Assembly (NCBI GenBank): GCA_963730645.1 | Contig: CAVSSN010000012.1 | Location: forward strand, 242,853 to 306,852 | Origin: an uncultured Alphaproteobacteria bacterium | GTDB taxonomy: Bacteria > Pseudomonadota > Alphaproteobacteria > Rhizobiales > Xanthobacteraceae | Direction of reading: 5' to 3' | Length of the DNA stretch: 64,000 nt | Shown here: positions 32,539 through 41,213 of the stretch, piece after piece | Layout of the letters: each line of letters opens with the position of its first letter | Position numbering within the stretch: position 1 is the first letter of the stretch | Notes under the pieces: generated by a model | What the model was told of the DNA's origin: nothing | The model's database searches: none | Seen by the model: only the letters and a program-made list of their open reading frames with translations | Made by a program: the position numbers and the translations under genes

Positions 32539-33250
32539 TTACGACCGTACGGCAGCGACGGCCTTGTCGATGCCCGCGAGCGGGAATTTGAAATGGACGT
32601 CGCGACCGTCCTTGGCATGGATGGTGATGACCATCGTGGACGCCGCCTCGATCTTCTTCATCGACGGCTCTTCCAGGGCACCGGTCGCCTCGCAATTCTG
32701 CGGAACACAGGCGGCATAGTCGAGCTTGCCGACCGGCGCATCGCCAATCATGAGGTCGACGCCCTTCTGCACCATCACGCCGGTTGGCGTCTGCATGATC
32801 GCATGGATCTTGCCGTCCTTGGCGCGCGCAATCTCCCACAGGATTACGAGCTGCTGCTCGTTGTTCGTGATCCGCAGCGCGGCGGAGCAGGTCTTCTGGG
32901 AATCGGCGCCGACCACTTCATGGCAGGTGACGGTCCAGCGGTCATAGACCGTGGTTTCGATCCGCATCGGCGCAGCGTCGGCTGGTTGCTCTGCAACCTG
33001 CTGCTTCTTCGGCGTCAGGCTTCGCCTTGCCGCGTTGAACGACGTGCTTGGTCGTCGCCTTGCGGGCCTGCTGTTGCTGCTGCCACACCGGCCGGAAGCC
33101 GTCGTCGGGCGCTGCCGCCGCGGAATCCTCGAGGTATTCGGCGCCGTCGTCGACCTTCTGCGCTCTCGCGTCGTGCGCAAACAGAAACAGGGCGGCAAGT
33201 GCAACGGCACCAAACAGGCTGGTCGTCCCGAAGCAAGAGCGAGATGTCAT
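32539..33250 (-). pseudogene. invasion-associated locus B (IalB)-family periplasmic protein; frame interrupted as assembled
   Basis: Signal peptide MTSRSCFGTTSLFGAVALAALFLFAHDARA... (ORF 32942..33307), then ...KKQQVAEQPADAAPMRIETTVYDRWTVTCHEVVGADSQKTCSAALRI...CVPQNCEA... (ORF 32539..33213). +1 shift near 33010. Confidence 0.75.
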
Positions 33251-33392
33251 GTGGAGTGGCCTTTCGTTTTGGGATTTCGCTTCACATTGTAGCAAGAACT
33301 TCGCCATTTTTCCGCGCAGGCGAATAAATATGCGCGATTTCGGTTAATGCAGCCGGTCGTATCAGCTCAATACAACCGGAACGCAAACGACT

Positions 33393-33420
33393 TCGACGGC
33401 GGGCTTTCGCCCGCCGTCGA
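33393..33420 (-). terminator. putative terminator hairpin downstream of the 446-aa repeat protein gene
   Basis: TCGACGGCGGGC-TTTC-GCCCGCCGTCGA, a perfect 12-bp stem. Confidence 0.55.
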
Positions 33421-33464
33421 GAACCATTCGTGCAGACTCGGCTGCGACAGCCGAAGTCCCGGCA

Positions 33465-34802
33465 TTAGTTGTGCACGTTGTTGATGTGCTGCGTGATCGT
33501 CGCGCCAGCCAGCGAACCGATCGCCTGCGCGGTGATCGAGTTGCCGACGCCGCTGGTGATGCTGGTGGTGCTTGTGGGCTGACCCATGATGTTGAGGGTC
33601 GCAGTCACCGGCGCATTGTTTCCATTGGTCGAGGTGATGTTCTTGGCAATGGTCACGGTATTGGACGGCATCGTCGAGACGTTCATCGCTCCAGAGGTGC
33701 CGAACGAGGCGGTCTGGTTGATGCTCGCCAGGGCGCTGGCGCCGATAGCCGACGCCGTGATGCTGTTGGCTACGCCGCCCGAGATCGTCGTCGTGTTGAC
33801 GTTGGCACCCTTGCCAAGCTCAGTGTCGGCCGTAACTTTGCCGGTGTTGTGGGCCACCACCTGGTTGGCGCTGACCTTGTTGGACCGACCGCCAGTGGCT
33901 ACCCGTGGTCACGTTCAAGAACTGAGAGGAGATCGACGCGCCAGCGGACGCGCCAACCGCCTGCGAGCCGATCGTGTTCTCAACGCCGCACCAATGGCAG
34001 CGCTGAGACCCGACGACCCGACGATGGTCTGGGTCGCGGCGATATTGGCGGTGTTCCGGGCGGTGATGTTGTTGACTTTGACCGTGTTGTCCGGAAGCTG
34101 CGTCGGGTTGAAGGCCGACGAATTCGAGACAGACTGCGTGATGCTGGCAGACGCAGTGGCGCCGATGGCCGTAGCAGTGATGCTGTTGCTCACGCCGTCC
34201 GAGATCGCCGCCGAAGCCGTGATCTTGTCAGCGCCAGCGCCATTGGCCGTCACCGCTGCAGTGTTCTTGGCAAAAAGATTCTTGTCGACCGTGACCTTGT
34301 TGTCACCGCCGGCAGTGTTGTTGCCCGTCACGACATTTTCGAAACGCGAGGAAATGCCGGCCGCCGCGGATGCGCCAATCGCCGTCGAGGTGATTGAATT
34401 GGCAATTCCGTTAGCGATGCTCGCGCCCACCGAAGTGAAGTGCGAGTCGACCGTGGCGGTGTTTCGTCCGGTAACCGAGCCATTCACGTGCACGGTGTTG
34501 TCCGGAATCTGACTCAGATCGAGACCCGGCGCCCCGGCGTTGGAGACGGACTGATCGATGCTGGCAACGCCCGATGCGCCGATGCCGGTGGCGCCGATCG
34601 TCGAAGACACGGTGTTGACGCCGCTGATCAAGGCCTGACCAGGAACAGTGATAGACGCATTGACCTTGCTGTGGTTGACCGCAGTCACGCCCGTATTGCC
34701 CTGAACTTTGATGACGTTCTGTGCCAGCGCCGGGCTGACGAGGAACGTCGTTCCGAGCAGGAGTGAAGTGTAGACAGCTTTCTTCGCGATAGAGTAACGC
34801 AT
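33465..34802 (-). pseudogene. secreted 446-aa protein built of six ~70-aa Ser/Thr/Asn/Gly/Ala-rich repeats (beta-solenoid-like); compensating -1/+1 pair as assembled
   Basis: Signal peptide MRYSIAKKAVYTSLLLGTTFLVSPALA. The recurring block is N(T/K)V-V...NT...I-x-x-GV-x-NSIT-x-x-AIGA-x-A-x-ASI-x-Q. ORFs 33915..34802 and 33465..33860 share one frame. The about 85 nt between 33988 and 33900 read as GVENTIGSQAVGASAGASISSQFLNVTTG only in another frame. Confidence 0.7.
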
Positions 34803-34900
34803 TACTTAACGCTCCCGTGCTCCGACGCCAGCCACCGGCATCATTGGGTTAATAGTTTGTTGGCCTCTGTGGCGATGTGCAGAAAATCGAAGCGAAAAAG

Positions 34901-34916
34901 TTAAGTCAATCTTAAG
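34901..34916. promoter_or_regulatory. TTAA-N7-TTAA site (CtrA-box-like) in the divergent promoter region
   Basis: TTAAgtcaatcTTAAg. The alphaproteobacterial CtrA consensus is TTAA-N7-TTAAC. Confidence 0.3.
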
Positions 34917-34938
34917 TTCCCCTTACGGTTGCTTAACC

Positions 34939-34953
34939 TTAAGTTATGGTTAA
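34939..34953. promoter_or_regulatory. second TTAA-N7-TTAA site (CtrA-box-like)
   Basis: TTAAgttatggTTAA. It contains one of three TATGGTTAA 9-mers found in the islet's intergenic DNA. Confidence 0.3.
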
Positions 34954-35136
34954 TACGGAACAATTAAACAGATTTGCAGTGCGCTTTTTCTGCGACGTTG
35001 CTTTGTGAATTCTTTCTCGCGCCACCACCTCGATTAACGATGTCTTTACTTTCGAATTGCTCACGCACTGCATTTGAAATCATTGTCGTGGCCCGCCGTG
35101 CTCGCTCCCGATGCCGGCGCCTGAAAGGATCACATC

Positions 35137-35585
35137 GTGAATCAGTTTGCGATTGCGCTCGCCTTGGCCACAGCATGTGCAGTCACTCCCGCTTTCGCGG
35201 ATTCGATCACTGCAAGCAGCACGACCGGCGGCAGCACCGTCGCTGGCACCACGGTGACTTCATCCAACGCCGGCAGTGTGACCGCGACTGGCAATTTCGG
35301 GCACACAGCGATCCGCGGCGGCAAGCAACAACTTCATCGGTGTGACCTCGACCGGCGCCGCCGTCACCGTTCAAATTCTCGAAAGACGGCGTCGATCCGA
35401 ATGTCCCGACCAGCGATTCGATCGCCGTTTCGTCGATCAACACGTCGAACACGGGCACCGTCACCGCGACCGGAAGATTCCAGGGCGCGATCGCCAGCAG
35501 CAACGCGCAAAGCTCGTCCAGCGGCAACAGCATCGGCGTTTCGGCTGCCGGCACATCGGTCAACATCACGATCTCGCACAAATAG
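35137..35585 (+). pseudogene. small secreted Ser/Thr/Gly/Asn-rich two-repeat protein (~148 aa); two frame interruptions as assembled
   Basis: GTG start behind AAAGGA. MNQFAIALALATACAVTPAFADSITASSTTGGSTVAGTTVTSSNAGSVTATGNFGHTAIRG (ORF 35137..35682), then ASNNFIGVTSTGAAVTVQ (ORF 35342..35617 frame), then FSKDGVDPNVPTSDSIAVSSINTSNTGTVTATGRFQGAIASSNAQSSSSGNSIGVSAAGTSVNITISHK stop (own translation). +1 shifts near 35320 and 35374. Confidence 0.65.
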
Positions 35586-35633
35586 CGGCGCGCCTACGCG
35601 GGCGCGGCTCTTGCTGATCGCACGCGGCGCAGC

Positions 35634-36707
35634 TTACCCCGTCTTTCCGGCGAGCCCCGCGATCTCCAGCGCGGCCAGGTGATCCTGCAAAATCCGCGGC
35701 ATCTCGCCTGGCGGCGTGCGGCCGAAGCCGCAATAGGCGGCCAAGCCGAAATCCGGAAGGAATTTGCGCGCGACATCGAGGCGCTGCTTGAGCGTCGCCA
35801 TGTTGTGGATCGCGCCGAGGTAGACCCGCGCGCCTCTGGCGTCGAGCTGACGCAACGGCGCGTAGAATTTTTCATCGACGCGGTCGAGCGTCGGGATGTG
35901 CACCCAGTCGACGCGGCGGCCGGTGCTGGCGACCGCCGCGTTGATCAGCTCGACCGGGCGCGCGAGATCGTCCGGCGCAAACGCCGGCCAGCCGCCGAAC
36001 GTGCCGAAGCAGAAATGGAAGCCGAGCTGCGACGTCCTGCGGAATCGACTTTCGACAGCCGGCCGATCGGCGGCACATGCGTTTCCACTTCAAGTTCCTG
36101 CGGCACGGCTTTGCCGGCGCCGCAGACCGCCTGCAATTCCCAGGCGCAGTCCCACTGGATGGCCAAATCCTCGATGCGGGATTTTTTCGACGATGGCCGC
36201 CACTTCGGCCGCCAGCGCCGCCTCGAAGCCCGGGCGGATGCGCGCCAGATCCTGCGGGTCGGGAAAATACAGCGGCCTGATGACGCTGTTGACCATCGGG
36301 ATCGAGATCTGGAACCGTAAGCCGTCCGGCAAAATTCCTTTCTCGCGCAGCGTGCGGAAAACGAAATAGGAATTGACCGCATCCCTGGCGTAGCCGAGCC
36401 GCGACCCCGGATTGCCGAAGCGCACGCGCTCGACGCCCGGCCTGACCCTGAATTGCCAGGCGTCGTCGCGCGAGCGCGGCAGCAATTGCTCGACGCCATC
36501 GACCGGCTTCGGCCGCTTGAGGGTCTCGAGATCGGGATGGCCGTTGAAAATCTGGTACGACAGCCGGTTGACCCACGAGCGGCGCTCGCCGACCTCGCCG
36601 TCCGGCAGCGCGGGCAAGTGCCGCGCCAGCGCGCCGCCGAAGGTGCGCATCACGTCCTCGACGGTGTCCAGCGGCACGCTGCCCACAAGCAGAAGATTAT
36701 TGCCCAT
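35634..36707 (-). pseudogene. conserved-looking hypothetical protein (~357 aa, family not recognised); at least 2 frame interruptions as assembled
   Basis: [25 protein letters not shown]...AAIVEK (ORF 36090..36707), then SRIEDLAIQWDCAWELQAVCGAGKAVPQELEVETHVPPIGRLSK (ORF 35945..36499), then QLGFHFCFGTFGGWPAFAPDDL...VDWVHIPTLDRVDEKFYAPL...AAYCGFGRTPPGEM... (frame of ORF 35634..35903). The first shift fits the T6 run at 36182-36187, and the second lies near 36020-36045. Confidence 0.55.
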
Positions 36708-36751
36708 CGAATCGACCCTTTCCTGCGCGTTTTTTGCTAGCGTGCCCCGCC

Positions 36752-39503
36752 ATGGATGCCGCGCGCCCCATCATGTCCGACGATTCCGGCCCGCCGGTCG
36801 AGGCCGGCCGCGTCACCCCCAAAGCGGCCGACGACGTCGGCCGCGTAACCCCGATGATGGAGCAATATATCGAGATCAAGGCCGCCAATCCGGATTGCCT
36901 GCTGTTCTACCGGATGGGCGACTTCTACGAAATGTTCTTCGACGACGCCGAAATCGCCTCGCGCGCACTCGGCATCATGCTGACCAAGCGCGGCAAGCAC
37001 ATGGGCCGCGACATTCCGATGTGCGGCGTGCCGGTCGAGCGCGCCGACGAATATCTGCATCAGCTCATCGCGCTCGGCCATCGCGTCGCCGTGTGCGAGC
37101 AGCTTGAAGACCCGGCCGAGGCGCGCAAGCGCGGCAACAAGAGCGTGGTGCGCCGCGACGTGGTGCGGCTGGTGACGCCCGGCACGCTGACCGAGGATTC
37201 GCTGCTCGACGCGCGGCGCAACAATTTTCTCCTCGCCATCGCGCGGGCGCGCACCTCCTCGACCGACGACGACAGCCGCTTCGCGCTCGCCTGGATCGAC
37301 ATTTCCACGGCCGAATTCCGCCTGCTCGAGTGCGACCGCAGCGCGCTCGCCGCCGAGATCGCGCGGCTCGAGCCCGGCGAAATCATCGTCTCCGACGCGC
37401 TCTATTCGGATGCCGAGCTTGCGCCGTACTTCCGCTCGCTGCCAGCCGTGACGCCGCTCGCGCGCGACGTGTTCGACGGCGCGACGGCCGAGCGGCGGCT
37501 CGCGTCGTTCTTCGGCGTCGCCACCACCGCGGCGTTCGGCGCGCTGTCGCGCGTCGAGCTGACTGCGGCAGCCGCGATCATCACCTATGTGGAGCGCACG
37601 CAGATCGGCAAGCGGCCGCCGCTGTCGCCGCCGCTGCGCGAGGCCGCCGGCGCGACGCTCGCGATCGACCAGGCGACGCGCGCCAATCTCGAACTGATCC
37701 GCACGCTCGCGGGCGAGCGGCGCGGCTCGCTGCTGGCCGCCATCGACCGCACCGTGACGTCGGCCGGCTCGCGGCTGCTGGCGCAGCGGCTCGCCGCGCC
37801 GCTCACCGATCCGCAGGAGATCGCGCGCCGGCTCGACGCCGTCGCGGTGTTCGCGAGCGACAGCGGCTTGCGCGCCGAAATGCGCGAGCGGCTCAAGGCG
37901 GCGCCCGATCTCGCCCGCGCGCTGGCGCGGCTTGTCGTCGGCCGCGGCGGGCCGCGCGATCTCGCCGGCGTCCGCGACGGCATCACGGCCGCGGCCGAGC
38001 TTGCGACACGGCTCGCGGCGCTTGCGATCGTGCCGGACGAGATCGCGCAGGCGGCGACCGCATTGCGGCGGCCCGATCCTGCCATCGCGGCCGAGCTTGC
38101 CGGCGCACTCGCCGACGAACTGCCGGCGTTCAAGCGCGACGGCGGCTTCGTGCGCGCGGGCTGCGAGGGCGCGCTCGACGAGGCGCGCGCGCTGCGCGAC
38201 GAATCGCGCCGCGTCATCGCCGCGCTGCAGGTGCGCTACGCCGAGACGACCGGCATCCGCTCGCTGAAGATCCGGCACAACAACGTGCTCGGCTATTTCG
38301 TCGACGTCACGGCGCAGCACGGCGAGAAGCTGCTCACTGCGCCGCTCAACGCCAGCTTCATCCATCGCCAGACGCTCGCCGGCCAGGTGCGCTTCACCAC
38401 GACGGAGCTCGGCGAGCTTGAGGCCAAGATCGCCAATGCGGCCGACCGCGCGCTCGGGCTGGAACTCGAAATCTTCGAGCGCCTCGCCGCAACCGTCACG
38501 GCCGCGAGCGCAGAGATCAAGGCGGCAGCCGAAGCGCTTGCCGTGATCGATGTCGCCTCCGCGCTGGCCACACTCGCGATCGAGCGCGATTATGTGCGGC
38601 CGGAGGTCGATGCCGGTCTCGACTTCGTCATCGAGGGCGGCCGTCATCCGGTGGTCGAACCGGCGCTCGCGCACGACGGCGGCCCGTTCGTCGCCAACGA
38701 TTGCGATCTCTGCGGCGGCCGGCCGCATCTGGCTGATGACCGGCCCCAACATGGCGGGCAAGTCGACGTTCCTGCGGCAGAACGCGCTCATCGCCGTGCT
38801 GGCGCAGATGGGCAGTTTCGTGCCGGCGCGCCGCGCGCATATCGGCGTGGTCGACCGGCTGTTCTCGCGCGTCGGCGCCGCCGACGATCTCGCGCGCGGC
38901 CGCTCGACCTTCATGGTCGAGATGGTCGAGACCGCCGCCATCCTCAATCAGGCCGGCGAGCGCGCGCTCGTCATCCTCGACGAGATCGGGCGCGGCACTG
39001 CGACCTTCGACGGCCTCTCGATCGCCTGGGCGACGATCGAGCATCTGCACGAACGCAACCGCTGCCGCGCGCTGTTCGCCACGCATTTCCACGAGATGAC
39101 CGCGCTCGCCGCCAAGCTGCCGCGGCTCCACAACGCGACGATGCGCGTCAAGGAATGGCAGGGCGAGGTCGTGTTCCTGCACGAGGTCGTGCCGGGCGCG
39201 GCCGACCGCTCCTACGGCATCCAGGTGGCGAAGCTCGCCGGCCTGCCGGCGAGCGTGATCGAACGCGCCAAGGTGGTGCTGGCGCAGCTCGAAGCCGAGG
39301 ACCGCACTTCGCCGGCGCGCCGGCTGATCGACGACCTGCCGCTGTTTTCCGCGCGCGCGGCGCCCGCACCGCAACGCGACGCCGCGCTCACCGCGCTGGT
39401 CGAGGCGCTCGCGGCGCTGCATCCCGACGAGATGTCGCCGCGCGATGCGCTGGAAGCGCTTTATGCGCTCAAGACGAAACTGGCGCAGGTGAAGAAAGAA
39501 TAG
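36752..39503 (+). pseudogene. mutS: DNA mismatch repair protein MutS; frame interrupted just upstream of the Walker A motif as assembled
   Basis: ...[34 protein letters not shown]... through ...GGRHPVVE...FVANDCDL lies in ORF 36734..39811. ..[27 protein letters not shown]...[16 protein letters not shown]... lies in ORF 38550..39503. Length is 3n+1, with the shift near 38711. Confidence 0.92.
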
Positions 39504-39505
39504 AT

Positions 39506-39573
39506 GTAGCCCGCATGAGCGTAGCGATATGCGGGACCGCCGCCCCGGATATCGCTCCGCTCATCCGGGCTAC
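39506..39573. repeat. REP-like long hairpin, family C (GTAGCCCGCATGAGCGnAGCGATATGCGGGAC...CCGGATnTCGCTCCGCTCATCCGGGCTAC)
   Basis: Begins 3 nt after the mutS stop. A second copy lies at 62215. Confidence 0.85.
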
Positions 39574-39593
39574 GAAGAAGACGGCTACGAAAC

Positions 39594-40394
39594 CTACGAC
39601 AAAATTTTGCGGGCGCGAAATACCCACAGCACACCGTTCCAGGCGATGCAGACCGAAAGGCCGATCGCGAGGCCCCACCACGAGCCGAGCGGTTCGGCCA
39701 GATAGTGCAGCGCCAGGAAGCCGAGGCACAGTCCGACAAAAGCGATTTGCGCATGCGCCAGTACGCTGGCGGATGCCTTGCCGCCGATGCGCGGATGCAA
39801 AATCACGATGAAGCTGCCGAGCACGATCGGAAATACCGCAAACATGCCCGATGCAAACGAGCCGATGCGGTAGCTCGCCGTCGTCACGACGGCGACCAGA
39901 ACCGCGGCCGTAATGGCGCGCAGCGGGATATCGAATGGCGTCCGCGCCACTTTCGGCGGCGTTCCGGACGTGCGGTAGCTCCAGCTCAGCGGGATCGTGA
40001 AGGCAAAAGTCGCAATCACGAGCGCCATCGCGGTCAGCGGCGTCCAATCGACGAAGCGCAGCGCGGCGGCGATCGCAAACCACAGCACGGTCGCGACGCT
40101 CAGACTCAGCAGCAACCCGTGCCGCTGCGCCAGAATGGCGTAGCTCAGCGCAAAGACCGACACCGCGGCGTTGGTGGCGAGGCTGCCGATCGCGCTCGCG
40201 GCGATGAAGCTCGGCGGATGCTCCATGGCGAGGATGATGTAGGCCGCGCCCGCCGCCGTCGGCAGCGCGGCGATCAGCGCGCCGATGAACGGCCCGCTGC
40301 GCTCGACCGCAACCGAGGCGATGACGACGATCGCCGCCGTCATCGCCATCTTGAGCGCGAGCTCGAACCAGAACAGGAGTTCGGGGGAGATCAT
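39594..40394 (-). CDS. hypothetical polytopic membrane protein (~266 aa)
   Basis: Part of ORF 39594..41138, trimmed to [30 protein letters not shown].... About 8 hydrophobic segments. No family recognised. Confidence 0.6.
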   Translation of the reverse strand: MISPELLFWFELALKMAMTAAIVVIASVAVERSGPFIGALIAALPTAAGAAYIILAMEHPPSFIAASAIGSLATNAAVSVFALSYAILAQRHGLLLSLSVATVLWFAIAAALRFVDWTPLTAMALVIATFAFTIPLSWSYRTSGTPPKVARTPFDIPLRAITAAVLVAVVTTASYRIGSFASGMFAVFPIVLGSFIVILHPRIGGKASASVLAHAQIAFVGLCLGFLALHYLAEPLGSWWGLAIGLSVCIAWNGVLWVFRARKILS

Positions 40395-40418
40395 GCGATT
40401 ACTAATTGCACCCAAATT

Positions 40419-40515
40419 GTCATGCCCCGCGAAGGCGGGGCATCCAGTAAACACGGCGTCACCGCAATTTAATACCAACGCCGAGGATACTGGATCATCC
40501 GACCTTCGCGGACTG
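40419..40515. repeat. REP/MITE-like element, family A
   Basis: GTCATGCCCCGCGAAGGCGGGGCATCCAGTAAAC ... ACTGGATCATCCGACCTTCGCGGA. Confidence 0.8.
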
Positions 40516-40546
40516 CATGGCGGTGAGACGAGGTGACAGCGAGTGA

Positions 40547-41056
40547 TTACTTTCGCTTCAAGCTCACCTCCACCGGCGGGCCGCTCTTGATGGTCTGGTA
40601 GACGACGCAATAGCGCTCGGTGAGCTTGAGGAGCTGATCGAGCTTTTCCTGCTCCACGTCGGTGTCGACATCGAAGCGCAGGCGGATTTGCGCGAAGCCG
40701 ACCGGCGCGTCCTTGGCGACGCCGAGCGTGCCGCGGAAATCGAGATCGCCTTCGGCCGACACCGTGCCGGACTTGAGCGGAATGTCGATCGCGGTCGCGA
40801 CCGCCTTGATGGTCACGCCGGCGCAGGCGACCAGCGCTTCGAGCAGCATGTCGCCGGAGCACAGTTCGAGCCCGCTGCCGCCCGTCGCCGGATGCAGGCC
40901 CGCGACCGCGAGCGCGCGGCCGGTCTCGACCTTGCAGGCGATGTTCTGGTCGTCGAGCGTGCCCTTGGCCTTGAGCGTGATGAAGGCGGCCTTGGGGTCG
41001 CCCTTGTAGCGCTCCTTGATCGGGGCCTGCATCGCGCGCAGTCCGGCAGCGTCCAT
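40547..41056 (-). CDS. OsmC/Ohr-family peroxiredoxin-like protein
   Basis: ORF 40547..41128 trimmed to MDAAGLRAMQAPIKERYKGDPKAAFITLKAKGTL...LCSGDMLLEALVACAGVT...LTERYCVVYQTI. Confidence 0.8.
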   Translation of the reverse strand: MDAAGLRAMQAPIKERYKGDPKAAFITLKAKGTLDDQNIACKVETGRALAVAGLHPATGGSGLELCSGDMLLEALVACAGVTIKAVATAIDIPLKSGTVSAEGDLDFRGTLGVAKDAPVGFAQIRLRFDVDTDVEQEKLDQLLKLTERYCVVYQTIKSGPPVEVSLKRK

Positions 41057-41078
41057 GGAATTCTCCTTGCAACTCATT

Positions 41079-41196
41079 GTCATTGCCACACGCATTCCGG
41101 CGCGCAGGCGAGCGGAATCCATAGCCACCGACGGTCAAGTCATGTCCATCGCGCGGCGGTGATTACTGGATCGTCCGCCTTCGCCGGCACGATGAC
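41079..41196. repeat. composite or degenerate REP element (half family B plus half family A)
   Basis: CATTCCGGCGCGCAGGCGAGCGGAATCCATAGCCAC followed by GATTACTGGATCGTCCGCCTTCGCCGGCACGATGAC. Confidence 0.65.
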
Positions 41197-41213
41197 AGGA
41201 TTGTAGTACGGAA

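Noticed and set aside
30300-35640. The low-GC islet as a classical mobile genomic island or prophage remnant.
   Set aside because: I could not see an integrase, transposase, tRNA attachment site or flanking direct repeats. Only compositional deviation supports foreign origin, so I describe it as an islet without calling a mobile element.
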